The notes under the pieces were generated by a model. The model had not been told where the DNA came from, ran no database searches, and saw nothing but the letters and a program-made list of their open reading frames with translations. Shown piece after piece: positions 1-11,264 of a stretch of 44,802 nucleotides of DNA. Source of the DNA: Cyanophora paradoxa CCMP329 (taxonomy: Eukaryota; Plantae; Glaucophyta); NCBI GenBank assembly GCA_004431415.1, contig QPMI01000128.1:1-44802 (forward strand), read 5' to 3'. The number at the start of each line of letters is the position of its first letter. The stretch's first letter is position 1. The translations under genes were made by a program, and so were the position numbers.

Positions 1-78
1 TCGTCTGTCCGCGGCCGTCGATCGCATCTGTCAGCAGCGGTCGGTCGTCTGTTCTCAGCCTGGCAGCGCGTCAGCACG

Positions 79-3000
79 ATGGGGTGCTGCTCCTCGGCGC
101 TACGCGAGCGGACGCGGGCTGAGCCGGGACGGGAGGCGCCCGCTCCCGGCCATGGCCATGGGGGTCCAGAGAGGGACTTCAAGCCGGGAGTTCGCGTACG
201 CGAAGTCGTCGTCCAGCTCGACGTCGACGCCGAGCCACCGGCCGCGGCCGCGGCGCCCGCGGCCGCCGTCACGGTCAATTCCAGATCTAGAGACTTCCAA
301 CCGTCCGCGGGAGCGGCAGCGACCGCCCCAGCCGCGGCCGCTCCGCCTGCAGCCGCCCACATGTACGTTGCGGGTCTGCAAGGCATGCCCGCGATCGAGA
401 AGAAGCCGATCGGCATGCATATGGACGGTGCGGCGCAAGTGACGTGCGCCGCCGCCCGCCTCCGGCGATCCGCGGCCGCCGCAAACACCCGATCGCGCCT
501 GGCCGCCGAGGGACCTCCGCCCCCTCGCGAGCGCGCCGTCCGCATCTTCGTCTCTTCCACCTTCGGTGCGCCTCATGATCGGCTTGCAAGTGTACTCCTG
601 TGTACTCCTCGACGTGTACTCCTAGACCGCCAAGCTTTAAGATGAGCCTCATGATCGGGCCTAGGCTTAGGGCCTCTTTCCCTGGACCTAGGGCCTTCCC
701 TCGCCTTAGACTCCTTGACTAGCTAGTTCCGCCCAGCCCTAGCCCGTCCCCAGCCGCCAGCTCTGCCGCTCGTGATCCCGGTCGCCTCACTAGACTCGCC
801 CCGCAGAGGACATACTAGTACTGCTTAGCCCTAGCCGCCAGCTTCAATTTGATTGTGACGGTCGCCTCACTGGACTCGCCCCGCAGAGGACATGGCGGGG
901 GAGCGCGACGCGATCCGCGCCGTCGCGCACCCGCGGCTGCACGCCCTCTGCGCCGAGCGCGGCCTCTTCCTCCACGTCGGCGACCTCCGGTGCGCTCGCA
1001 CGCGCGGCACGTCGGCGCGTGCGCGGTCCGGCGCGTTACATAGAGCGCTATATCTTAGATCCGGCTATAGCTAGGCAGGGCGGTGCCCGGATCCCCGCGC
1101 ACCGCCGTTTCCTGCAACTCGGCCCCCGAAGTTCGCGACCGTGAATCTCTCTTTGCGCAGGTGGGGCATCCGAGATGAGGAAGTCGCCAGCGGCGAGGTG
1201 AGCCGCCCATCCCCCCCTCCGCCCCCCCCCCCCCCCCCACCGCCCTTTCCGGCCCGCTAGGCCCCTGCCCCTCCTCCGCTCTCCCTTCCCCCCTACCCCC
1301 CTACCCCTCCCCCTCCGTCCTTCATCCCTCCCCGCCCCCCCCTCTCCTCCACCCCCTTCTCCTCCCTCTCGCCATCCCCGCCCGCTGCTGCCCACCCCCG
1401 TTCTCCCCCTTCCATTTCCCTTCTACCCCCGCGCCGCGTCACCTCCCTCGCCCCGCCTTGCTCCTCATCCCCCGACTCCCCCCTCCCCTCCCCCCCCCCC
1501 CCGGCTTTCTTTCCCTTCGCCTCGCGCCCTTCTTCCCCTTTCCACCCTTCTCCCGCCCCCCCCCCCCCCCCCCCTTCCCTCTTCAGCCTCGTCAGCCTCT
1601 CCCTCTCTGCTCGAACTCCAGCGAATCGCTCTGACAGCCGGCGCCCGTCCTGCTTTCAGGTCATCAGGATCTGCCTTCGGGAGGTGCACCGGAGCTCTTA
1701 TTTCGTCGGTCTGATCAAAGGTTCGCCTCTGAAGGTTTACGATTGATTGAGTCGGAAGCTTGCGATATCGATTGAGCCAGAGACATGATTGCGCGCCGCG
1801 CAGGGCGCTACGGATGGCACATGTGCCCGACTGCACAGACAGACAAGGAAAGGAAAGGCAACGAGGACTTCCGCTTGTGAGCAGCTCCAGCTCTCGAGGG
1901 CGCCGGCAGGCGGGCAGGCGAATCGTCCTTCAATTACTTATTTGAGCGACGTACCCCCCCCCCGCAGGAACCTCGAGGTCGCGGCCCCCGAATTCCCGTG
2001 GGTACATGAGTTCAGCAACCGGTCTGTAACGGAGATCGGTGCGCAGATCCCGGATTTCGGGCAATAATAATATCTATGGCGCTTTGTTGAGGCTTCATGC
2101 CTCACCTGATTATGACGATCGTTCCGCAGAGATGCGCGCCGGGGTACTCCGTAACCCGCAGGTGATCTCGATCTCGTCTTATATTTCGATTCATATCGCC
2201 TCGATTCGCTTCCTCATTCGCCGCACGCGCGCCCCGCTCAGGCCGCGCGTGGAAGGACGCTCTTCTACTTTGCCGAAGGGGCGGCGCCGGATGCGAGGGA
2301 AGGGCGCTACGCCGCGGAGCAGCTCGAGAAGCTCAAGGAAGAGATCCGCGGCACGGGCCTCCCCGTCGCGGGGTACATGACGACCGAGCTCGAGAGACTG
2401 GCCGTCGACATGAGCCGCGCCCTCGGCGAGGTGCGATCAGATCGGATCAGATCGTATCGTATCGTATCGTGTTCAAACTCAAGTGCGGGGAACCGGCTCA
2501 GATGATCGAGCGCGACTTCCCTCTGGGCCGCCAGGAGACGTGGCTGCAGCAGGAGCGGGTCGCGCAGGCTTCGTTCGCGGATCCGCTGAGGCGAACGTTC
2601 GTCGGAGACCCGCGGGAAGCAGCCGCCCTCGACGCATACGCCGCAGGGGCGGCGAACCCGAGCAAGAAGCTCGTGCTGGTTTGCCCCGAGAAGTCCAGCG
2701 GGCTTGGGACGAGCTGTGCGTTCTCTTCCTTTGTGTCATGTGCATTCTACTTGTTGCTAACTCTCGAGTTCCCGATTCGTGCGCCAGCTCTGCTGGCGGA
2801 CTGGTCCGCGAGGTGGGCCGCCCAGCACCCGAAGGACTTCACAATCGCGCACTTCGTCGGCGGCTCGCGCGGCAGCTTCCAGTTCTCGTCCATCGCCCGG
2901 TCCGCATCGCTAGCTGCTGCAGGCAAAATATGAACCAATCCACTATAATTATACAGCTGCAGTAAACGAGCGTGATCTATCACGATCATATAAAATATCA

Positions 3001-6000
3001 GCAAGCAAAAATTAAAGCGCTGTGTGGATCTAGACTTCCAAAGTCGAACTGCGTTTAATTTTATTTGATTTGGTGCTGCGCAGGCGTATCCGCGAGGAGG
3101 TGGTGGAGCGCTGGCCGGGCCAGGCGGACCTCGATTTGGGCGGGCGGGAGACGGAGGTCGTGGCGCGCCTGAAGAGGTGGCTCGAGGCCGGCAGCCACGA
3201 GTGGCCGGGGACGCTCGTGCTGGTGCTGGACGCCCTGGAGCGGCTGCAGGGCGACGTCGGGGTGCGCTCGCTGCAGTGGCTCCCCCGACGGTTGGGCCCG
3301 GCCCTTCGGATCGTCGCGTCGTGCGCCGATGGTGCGTGCGTGCGTGCGGGCTCGGATCTCGCGTGTGTTGTTTAATTCTCCGCCAAAACGTTAACGTACT
3401 CTGGAGCAGGCCCGAGTTGGCAGGCGTTCAGAATCGCCGACTCCGAGGCCGGGGAGCAGTTCCACTCGCAAATCACCGTGGCGAACTTCGACGTCGATCG
3501 GCGGCAGGAGATCGTCCACCGCGTCCTGCGCGAGCAGGGCCGCAAGCTCGACCCCGACCGCGTCCGCCGCATCGCCGACGCGTACGCGTGCGGGAACCCG
3601 TGCGTTCTTTCTGTTTAATTCGCGATCCATTCCATTAATATTATAAATGGTGCATCGTTATTCATCGCTCATTCTTTGAATTCCACTCTACGTACCAGGC
3701 TGTTCCTTCGGACACTTCTGGACGAGCTGTCGGCCGTGGCGGTGCACGCGACGCTGGACGGAGCCATCGCCTCGTGCCTCGGCTGCGGGGACGCGGAGTC
3801 CCTCTTCCGCCTCGTGTTCGCGCGACTGGCGCGGCAGTACGTATACGGCAGGGGCGAGGAAGGAGAGGAGCGGAACCCGGTCGCGCTCGTGGCGGGCGCG
3901 GTGGTCTGCTCGCGCCACGGGATGACGGAGGGCGAGCTGAAGGCGCTGCTCCGCGTGGGCGAGGGCGGTTCGAATTCGATGACGGAGGTGCGCAGTTTTC
4001 GAAGTCAGAGTCGGCGTTAACGTTTCGCTGAGCGTTAACGTTTCTGGGGCGACAGATCCAGTGGAGCCTGCTGTGGCACGGCATTCTTCCAACGCTCGTG
4101 AGCCGAGGTGCGAGCAGTCGAATCCGTTGACGTCCGAACCAGTTTAGCAGATCTCGATATAATTACGCTGTGTGGACTAACTAACGCTTTCTTTAATTAT
4201 CAGATGGCGTCTACGGTTTCGGCCACCGCTGCGCTGCCCAGGTGCGCGCGGGCGACTGTTCTCTCGTCGTCTCTCGCGCCTCCCAACGACGTCGACCTGC
4301 AGGCGGCGGCGTTCCAGTTCGGCCTGTCGGCCCAAGAGTACGCGTTCGGGAACCCCGTCGGGGATCCAAAGGACACGGAGGCGCGGCAGCGCCTGCACGG
4401 GCGGCTCGGCATCTTCTTCGCTGCGCGGGAGCCGTCGCAGCGGCGCGCCGAGGAGGGACCCTGGGCGCTGGCGCGGGCGGGGCGCGCAGATCTGCACGGG
4501 GAAGCCATCGCGGCGCTCCTGTGCGAGGCGGACGTGCTGGGCGGGCTGGAGCTGGCAGAGCTCGCCGACCTGTGGCGCCTCAGCGGCCGATCCCGCGAGG
4601 CCGCCGCGCGCTTCGAGGCGCGCCTGGCCGCCTACGCGGCGAGCCGCGGCCAAGACCCGTTCTTCCGCGGAGAGGCGGAGTACCTGTACCGCGCCGGGCG
4701 CGTCCTCGAGGAAATGAGCCGCCCCGCGGAGGGCATTCCTTTCCTGCAGGTGCTATATATATTAGTATATAAGCTACGAACACGATATGGTTTCGATTCG
4801 ATCTAATGTCACTAATTACTTCCTCGCGGCGCAGCGGGCGCTGGCGATGGACGAGGCGGACCCGGAGGTGGGACCCGGGCACCCCCAGACAGCTGAGGCG
4901 CTGCACGAGCTGGCAAGGCTGTACCAGGCGGACGGGCAGTACTCCGCGGCGCTACCGCCGCTCCAGGTTCGAATCCGTCGCGAGCCGAGCCGATCATATC
5001 GTATTGTATCAGATCAGACCATACGCGATCTGACAAGGCACGCGTACGCAGCGTGCCCTCGAGATCAGCGAGGCGGCGTGCGGCGCCGCGCACGCGGGCA
5101 CCTCGCGCGTGGTGCACAGCCTCGCGCGACTTTACCACGAGATCGGCGAGTACGAGACGGCGCTTCCGTTGTACGAGGTGCGCGCGGCGTCACAATACAC
5201 ATAATGATCAATTTAAATCAGCTGCGAAAACGATGGACGCTGGAGCACTCTAGTCGTATTTAACGAAGGGAACATAGAGGCTTTTCTTGTCTCAGTGTGT
5301 GCGATCGCGAGCTGACGCCGCCGCCGGCGCAGCGGCACCTCGAGACTGAGAAGGCGGCTTGCGACCCGAGCTTGGCCACGGCTGATGCAAAGCACGACCT
5401 GGGCAAGCTGTTCCGCGACATGGGCGACGTCCTCACCGGGAGCGAGCTCGTAGAGGTCCGTGAATTCTCGATAAAAACAACATTTATGCTGTTCGCGTTT
5501 GCGTCACCTCATTTTCGGCCGCGGGGGACGGGGCGCAGGAGGCGTGGCGGGATGCCGTGGAATTGTGCGGGCCGGACCACCCGGAGGTCGCGACGCTGAG
5601 CCAGTCCTTCGCCCCGTCGGTCGGCTCTCCCGACGCCTTTGAGTTGCGCATGCATACGCGGAGCATGCTCAAATCCGACAAGAAATTAAATACGCATGAA
5701 TTGAACGCGATGTGCCCGTGGCGCAGAAAGCCGTGCTGATCAACCGCAACGCGTTCGGGGCGGAGCACCCGCGGACGGCCGCGGCGGAGCGCGTGCTCGG
5801 GGCCTTCTACCACGCGACGGGGGACTACGCGAGGGCGCTGCCCCTGCTCGAGGTGCGATTGCACCCGAAGCGACGTCGACTCGGTTCTAGATCTGAGATC
5901 TAGATCTTGAACTTGGATCATAGCGACCTAGATCTGAGATCTAGAACTTAGATCATAGCTACTCAGGTGCGAATCGGCCAAAGTAATCTAGAGCGCATGC

Positions 6001-7322
6001 GCATGCACCTCATAGCTAGGCCTTAGCACCTCATAGCTAGGCCTAGAGCGCTCTCTAGACCTAGGCGCAGGAAGGCGCTGCCCCTGCTCGAGGTGCGATA
6101 AGTCCGTACCAAGGTCTAGAGAGCACATTTACTACGATACATATCTCACAGATCTAGAGGCCTAGGTCCGTCACAGCGTGTACACTGGGCGGCTGACGGG
6201 GCGCACGCACGCGCGCCGGGCGCAGAAGTCCCTCGCAAGGCTGCAGGAGGCCTGCGGCCCGGGCCACCCCGAGGCGTGCGAGGCGCTGCACGCTCTGGCC
6301 CGGCTTCGCCGCGACATGGGAGACGGCGCCCAGGCCCTCGATCTCTGCCAGGTGTGTAGACGGCTGCGGGGATGCATATATATATGTGCCTGGCCTGCTT
6401 CTAGTTCTAGAGAATCGCCCTGACGGCTGACGGCTGACGGCGGCCGCGGGCTGGGCCGCTCGGGCGCAGCGCGACCTCGCGATCCGGGAGGAGGCGCGCG
6501 GCCCCGAGCACCCCGACACGGCCGCGGCGCTCGACGCGCTCGGCTGCCTGCACGCCGAGCGCGGCGACTTTGCGGCCGCCCTCCCGCTCCTCGAGGTGCT
6601 CATGCGCGCCTCTCTTCGAATTTCCGAAATTTCCGCGTTGCCTGCGCCTCGCCTGACCTCGACACGCGCGCGCGCGCAGCGGTCCCTGAGGATCCGCCGG
6701 GCGAAGTTCGCGGCGCAGAACCCGCTGGCCAAGCAGGCGCAGAAGACGCTGGCGCTCGTCGAGCGGCTCGCGCGGACTTCTTCGGATTTGGGCTGCGCCG
6801 AAGCGACGCGGCTCCTGGAGGCGAGCGAGCCTACCCCCCTTCCCTTCCACTTCCCCCCTAAGCTTCTCCGCGCAGGAGGCGCTGGCCGCCCAGGAGCCGG
6901 CGCTGGGCGCCGCCCACCTCGACGTCGCGGAGGCGATGTGCGCGCTGGGCGACGCCGCCGCCGCGCGGGGCCAGCGGCAGGAGGCCCTCGCGTACTTCAA
7001 GGTCAGATCTGATCTGATCTGATTTAATTCTGATCTGATTCAATCTGATCTGATTCTGATCTGATCTGACCGGCTGGCGCAGAGGGCGCTGGTGGTGCGC
7101 CGGGAGCAGCTGGGGGAGGAGCACCCGAAGACGCTCCGCGCCGCCGCCGCCCGCGCCGCGCTCCGGCCGGAATTTGATCCGGAGGTCGACGCCGTGGCGA
7201 AGTCTCCGGACGAGCAATACAGCTCCATGTTCATGAATTTCGGGGTAGCGGGAGCCACGAAGCCCAAGATCAAGGCCCCGGCCTGCATCTTACCGCCCGG
7301 CCCGCGGCGAATCAGAACCTGA
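79..7322 (+). CDS. Host multi-exon gene: NPHP3/TEP1-like protein (DUF4062-type N-terminal domain, NACHT-like region, C-terminal TPR repeats); exon limits approximate
   Basis: Exon pieces separated by GT...AG introns read VRIFVSSTF / DMAGERDAIRAVAHPRLHALCAERGLFLHVGDLR / WGIRDEE, then HFVGGS, LVLVLDALERL...LQWLP, and many kinesin-light-chain-type TPRs (GPGHPQTAEALHELARLYQADGQYSAALPPL; GAEHPRTAAA; GPEHPDTAAALDALG). The N-terminus is MGCCSS. The DNA is GC-rich. Confidence 0.75.
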
Positions 7323-8560
7323 AGCCTAGAGCAGATATATTATATCCAGCTGGCCATGGGTCAAAACGGTGCACGTGATTCAATTTTAGGTAGCACATAT
7401 TTGCAAATCAGAATACAATGAAGAATTCAAGGCCGTTGCTTTCGACGTCGACCCAAGAAGATCTAAATCTGCGGGCATGCAGTGCTTCAAACCTTTTTAG
7501 ACACTAGTACTCTATAGCTATAGCTAGATCTGCGGGCGTCTCGGCCGGGGGACCCGGGAGCCCCTCGCGGACCTGGTACGCGCGCAGCCCGTCGCCCCAG
7601 TCGCCCTTCTCTTGGGAAGCAGCTGCCCCCTGCCCCCACCCTTGAGCCGGCCCCCTGCTGTGTAGTACCCCCCGCCCCCTGCCGGTCGCGGCGGAATCGC
7701 TTTTTATAATTAGAGCCGCGTCTCAAACTTATCTTGGATACCGCCGAGCTCGCTGCACTGGCTCATAATATTAATATTGTAATGTTCTTTTTTTTTGTGA
7801 ATTACCGGCCACAGTCTCTAGACACCAGCACTGCGGGGGCTGCCCAGGGGGCATAAAGACAAAAAAGCAAAATAACTAAGACAAGAGCACGAAGAAAGAT
7901 AAGACAAAGAACCAAAATCGACAATAAAAAAGGAAAGACACAGAGCTCGAGACAGATCGATAGCGAGAAGAGACGATAAATCGAGCAGATGTAGGGACAG
8001 AGGATAACTGACACGAAGAAAAGCCAGAGCTAGAGATACCATCAATATCAGAAGGAATTACATCACTAATGTTCAATAATGCGAAATGTACAATGATATA
8101 CACATGTACAGCTGCCAGGGTCCGAAAAACGCTGGAGAGGTTAGGCGAGCGAAACGTCCAGGGACGGCCATATGCATGGCCACATACATGCACGCACTAG
8201 CTTGTCGATTGGCTATTTGCAGCGAAAACATTCCTTTGTTCCCAGGAGCACAAGATCTAAAAAGAGAAGGAAAGACTAGCCTAGTATACGCAGCTTGTCC
8301 TCTTATCCTACGTATACGACGGCGCGCACGCGCATCTCTCTCGGGGGGCGGCCCTCGCGCTCGCAGAGGACGCGGACCGCTCCGGTGGGGAGAGTGGGAA
8401 GCTGCGTGCAGACTGCCCGGAAGGGGCGCGGGGGTTGGGGGGTTGGGGTGGGTGGTGGGTGGGTGGTGGGGGGGGGGGGGGGGACGGTGAACGCGGGTAG
8501 CTATAGCTGCGTGCAGCGGCGAAGGGGCAGACTCGCGGGACGAAGGGGCAATCTGGAGGC

Positions 8561-8631
8561 ACACATAAAGGAAAACAAATATTTAACCCTCGCGTTCCGC
8601 TCAGGTTAAATATTTGTTTTTCTTTATGTGT
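8561..8631. repeat. 28-bp inverted repeat (hairpin) at the left boundary of the outer element
   Basis: ACACATAAAGGAAAACAAATATTTAACC (8561-8588) pairs with GGTTAAATATTTGTTTTTCTTTATGTGT (8604-8631), with one mismatch and a 15-nt loop. Confidence 0.9.
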
Positions 8632-8857
8632 TTTAATACAAATTTAATATGAATTTAACATGAATTTATAGATATTTTATATAAATTAAACATGTAATAA
8701 TATATATTTATATGTAATTATCGATATAATCATGATGAAATTAATGTACAATTCGATATAATCACGATATGTACAATGTAAAAATGATATGATCGCGATA
8801 TGTTCTATGTAAATCGATATGTTTAATTAATTAATAGTGTGATTCATTTAATGATAA

Positions 8858-9081
8858 GGTGGGGCGGTGGGGTCTGGTTGGGTCTGTTTTTCGAATTGCT
8901 ATAATTTTCTTGGCGTTCTAAATTTTTCTGAAAAGTGACCCCACCACACCCCACCACCCCACCCTATCGATTAATTTATATTTCCATACCTAATTATATG
9001 TTAATTTCAATCTAATTTATATCAATTTGAAAGAGGGGGATGCTATAATTTATGGTAATGGTGGGGTGTAAGGTGGGGTGT
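8858..9081. repeat. G-tract/C-tract non-coding module, copy 1 (~225 bp)
   Basis: GGTGGGGCGGTGGGGTCTGG...GACCCCACCACACCCCACC...GGTGGGGTGTAAGGTGGGGTG; aligns with 9279-9504 and 44194-44422. Confidence 0.85.
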
Positions 9082-9136
9082 AATTTGTTACGGAATCAGT
9101 GCGGGAATATCTACTATATCGAAGCCGCATTTAACA

Positions 9137-9226
9137 TGTAAATACCGTTAGATCTGTACATGGTTGGGTGTAAATACCGTTAGATCTGTACACGCACACG
9201 TTAGATCTGTACATGGTTGGGTGTAA
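9137..9226. repeat. Three direct copies of CGTTAGATCTGTACA (iteron-like)
   Basis: Copies at 9146, 9178 and 9199, lying between the two G/C-tract modules. Confidence 0.85.
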
Positions 9227-9278
9227 TCTCGCACGTATTTGGGTCTAAAATACTATAATATCATATATTTATCGATAC

Positions 9279-9504
9279 GGTGGGGCGGTGGGGTCTGGTG
9301 GGGCATGTTTTTGAAATTCATTATTTTTTGGGATCCGCTTAAAATTTTCTGGAAATTTGACCCCACCACACCCCACCCTCCCACCCTATCCATTAATTCA
9401 TACATCCCACACTTATTTATATGTTAATTTCAATCTAATATATAGCAATTTGAAAAGTGGGAATGCTATAATTTATGGTAACGGTGGGGTGTAGGGTGGG
9501 GTGT
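9279..9504. repeat. G-tract/C-tract non-coding module, copy 2
   Basis: Direct, diverged copy of 8858-9081. Confidence 0.85.
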
Positions 9505-9528
9505 CATTCCTTACTGATTCACGTAAGA

Positions 9529-9927
9529 TTAACTCGGAAATCGCGCTACTCTATGCCTCTCCGCTCTCTCCAAACCGCTAAACATACACGTTATCCTACC
9601 TTCTATCTCCTCCATTATTACTGATGTCTTACGCTCCGCTTCCGTACCACAAGTAAAAATATCGATTGCTAACATTCCCTGATCTGAATAGCAATGAGCG
9701 GTTAAATGGCTCTCATCGAGAAGTAAAACCATCGCAAAACCGGGTGGCGAAACACCACCATCGAAAATCTCGCAATGCTTGTGAACTACTCGGATACCTT
9801 GCTCTTGAATAATAGACTGAAAAAATTGCATTAACCATTCTGTTGTGGTCTTCAAGTTTTCCAACCCCACCATCAATGGATGATCGAACTTGTAATCTAA
9901 CATTACATGGAAACCGCGATGATTCAT
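9529..9927 (-). CDS. speD: S-adenosylmethionine decarboxylase proenzyme, small prokaryotic class 1 type
   Basis: GFHVMLDY...PPGFAMVLLLDESHLTAHCYSDQGMLAIDIFTCG: E-S-H autocleavage site and DxFTCG motif; 132 aa. Confidence 0.9.
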   Translation of the reverse strand: MNHRGFHVMLDYKFDHPLMVGLENLKTTTEWLMQFFQSIIQEQGIRVVHKHCEIFDGGVSPPGFAMVLLLDESHLTAHCYSDQGMLAIDIFTCGTEAERKTSVIMEEIEGRITCMFSGLERAERHRVARFPS

Positions 9928-10112
9928 TTATGAATTATATAGAAAAATTAAAAACAAATTGGTAGGATGCGAACCATCTTAGCCAAAGTATTCCCATATG
10001 AACTTGTCGATATCATAATGGTATATTATCATAAAACATGTCCAAGTTGCTTTGATACTTGCATTATAACCAAAGGAAAATGTGGGCAAATGCTTATTTC
10101 TCTTTCGAAACT

Positions 10113-10388
10113 TTAATCAAAGTACAACATAATCGGTTTCTCTTCTATAACTATTCCCGATGTAGTCTTTTTTCTGTATGCATGGGATTGTTTCTTTGAA
10201 CATTCCCTACATCCGGTTCTTCCTTTTACATGGTTAAATGGATACGTTTGTATGGTCTTGTTACATTGTAGACACTTTACGGCGACCTTCTCCATTGCCT
10301 TCTTATACACAGTTTCGCTATAATCGAATTTGTCCAATCCATGAACCATTATCGCAGATTCAATAAACTTTCTTGTTTTTTCATCCAT
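10113..10388 (-). CDS. Small zinc-ribbon protein (DUF723-like module typical of homing-endonuclease N-termini)
   Basis: KFIESAIMVHGLDKFDYSETVYK...KCLQC...NHVKGRTGCREC; no nuclease domain follows. Confidence 0.6.
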   Translation of the reverse strand: MDEKTRKFIESAIMVHGLDKFDYSETVYKKAMEKVAVKCLQCNKTIQTYPFNHVKGRTGCRECSKKQSHAYRKKTTSGIVIEEKPIMLYFD

Positions 10389-10410
10389 TCCCTATATATA
10401 CCTTAGAAAT

Positions 10411-11241
10411 CTATGGTGCAGTATCTGACCCAAAAATGGGGAAATATCGGTTTGTACCGTAATACTCCGCATACGTATTCTGTTTCGCAATAGCATCAGT
10501 TCTTTCAGCATAAAGGATGCATTTGTAGATACCAAACCTGGTTGCTCTTACTAAAAACTGGTAATCTTCTAATCCAAAATTTACACCATGATATGCAATA
10601 CCGAAATTATCGTAAGGAGTGATAACCACCGTAATATTGGGTGTTCCACCTTCCACTTGACAAACAGCGTAAACATCTGGTGGAATATCCACGACTACCT
10701 TGTAGTGGTCTCCAATCTCTACAAGAGAATCAACTACTGATGTTTGTTCATTCACAACAATTGGGAAAATCTTAATAATATACGGTGCATTCATACTGGG
10801 GACGTAAGTGCGAATACGCGTTAAATTATCAATGGGATTGGGTTGATCATTTACGAAAAGAGGCGCACCAACAGCTCCACCAATCCGAAGACCATCACCA
10901 ATATACGCTCCCCCCGTCTTGCAGTTAATAGCTCCCGAACGAGATTCAAAAGAGTAAGTAGAAAGAGGATCGCCGTAACTGTCTGGGTCTCCATAATGGG
11001 CGCTAAAATTTGCATTTGTTACAAGAAGTTTTGTTGTCTTAACTATACCATTATTTTTATCACATCTGAGTTCTTGTAATCTCAGTTTATGGGTGGAACC
11101 GAAAGTATTCATGGTTGGTTGCACTTCTGTGGATTGGAGACCTTCCACATCATCAAATGTTGCATGTTGTAAAACGTGATTTGCTGGCGCAGCTAATGAT
11201 AGTTGCGGTGTTATTATTCGCTCTGGTGCTGGGGTAGTCAT
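10411..11241 (-). CDS. Putative structural/fibre-like protein, paralogue A
   Basis: 276-aa ORF; shares ELRxDKNxGxVKTTxLLVTNANF and GGAxxGxGxRxxG with the neighbouring ORF. Confidence 0.6.
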   Translation of the reverse strand: MTTPAPERIITPQLSLAAPANHVLQHATFDDVEGLQSTEVQPTMNTFGSTHKLRLQELRCDKNNGIVKTTKLLVTNANFSAHYGDPDSYGDPLSTYSFESRSGAINCKTGGAYIGDGLRIGGAVGAPLFVNDQPNPIDNLTRIRTYVPSMNAPYIIKIFPIVVNEQTSVVDSLVEIGDHYKVVVDIPPDVYAVCQVEGGTPNITVVITPYDNFGIAYHGVNFGLEDYQFLVRATRFGIYKCILYAERTDAIAKQNTYAEYYGTNRYFPIFGSDTAP

Positions 11242-11264
11242 TTTACATTAAAGTGATATATAAT

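Noticed and set aside
1205-1600. Long C/T-rich tract as a functional element
   Set aside because: It is low-complexity intron sequence with no defined unit.
100-8609. Many overlapping Arg/Ala/Pro/Gly-rich ORFs on both strands
   Set aside because: They are shadow frames of GC-rich exons and low-complexity introns, with no motifs.
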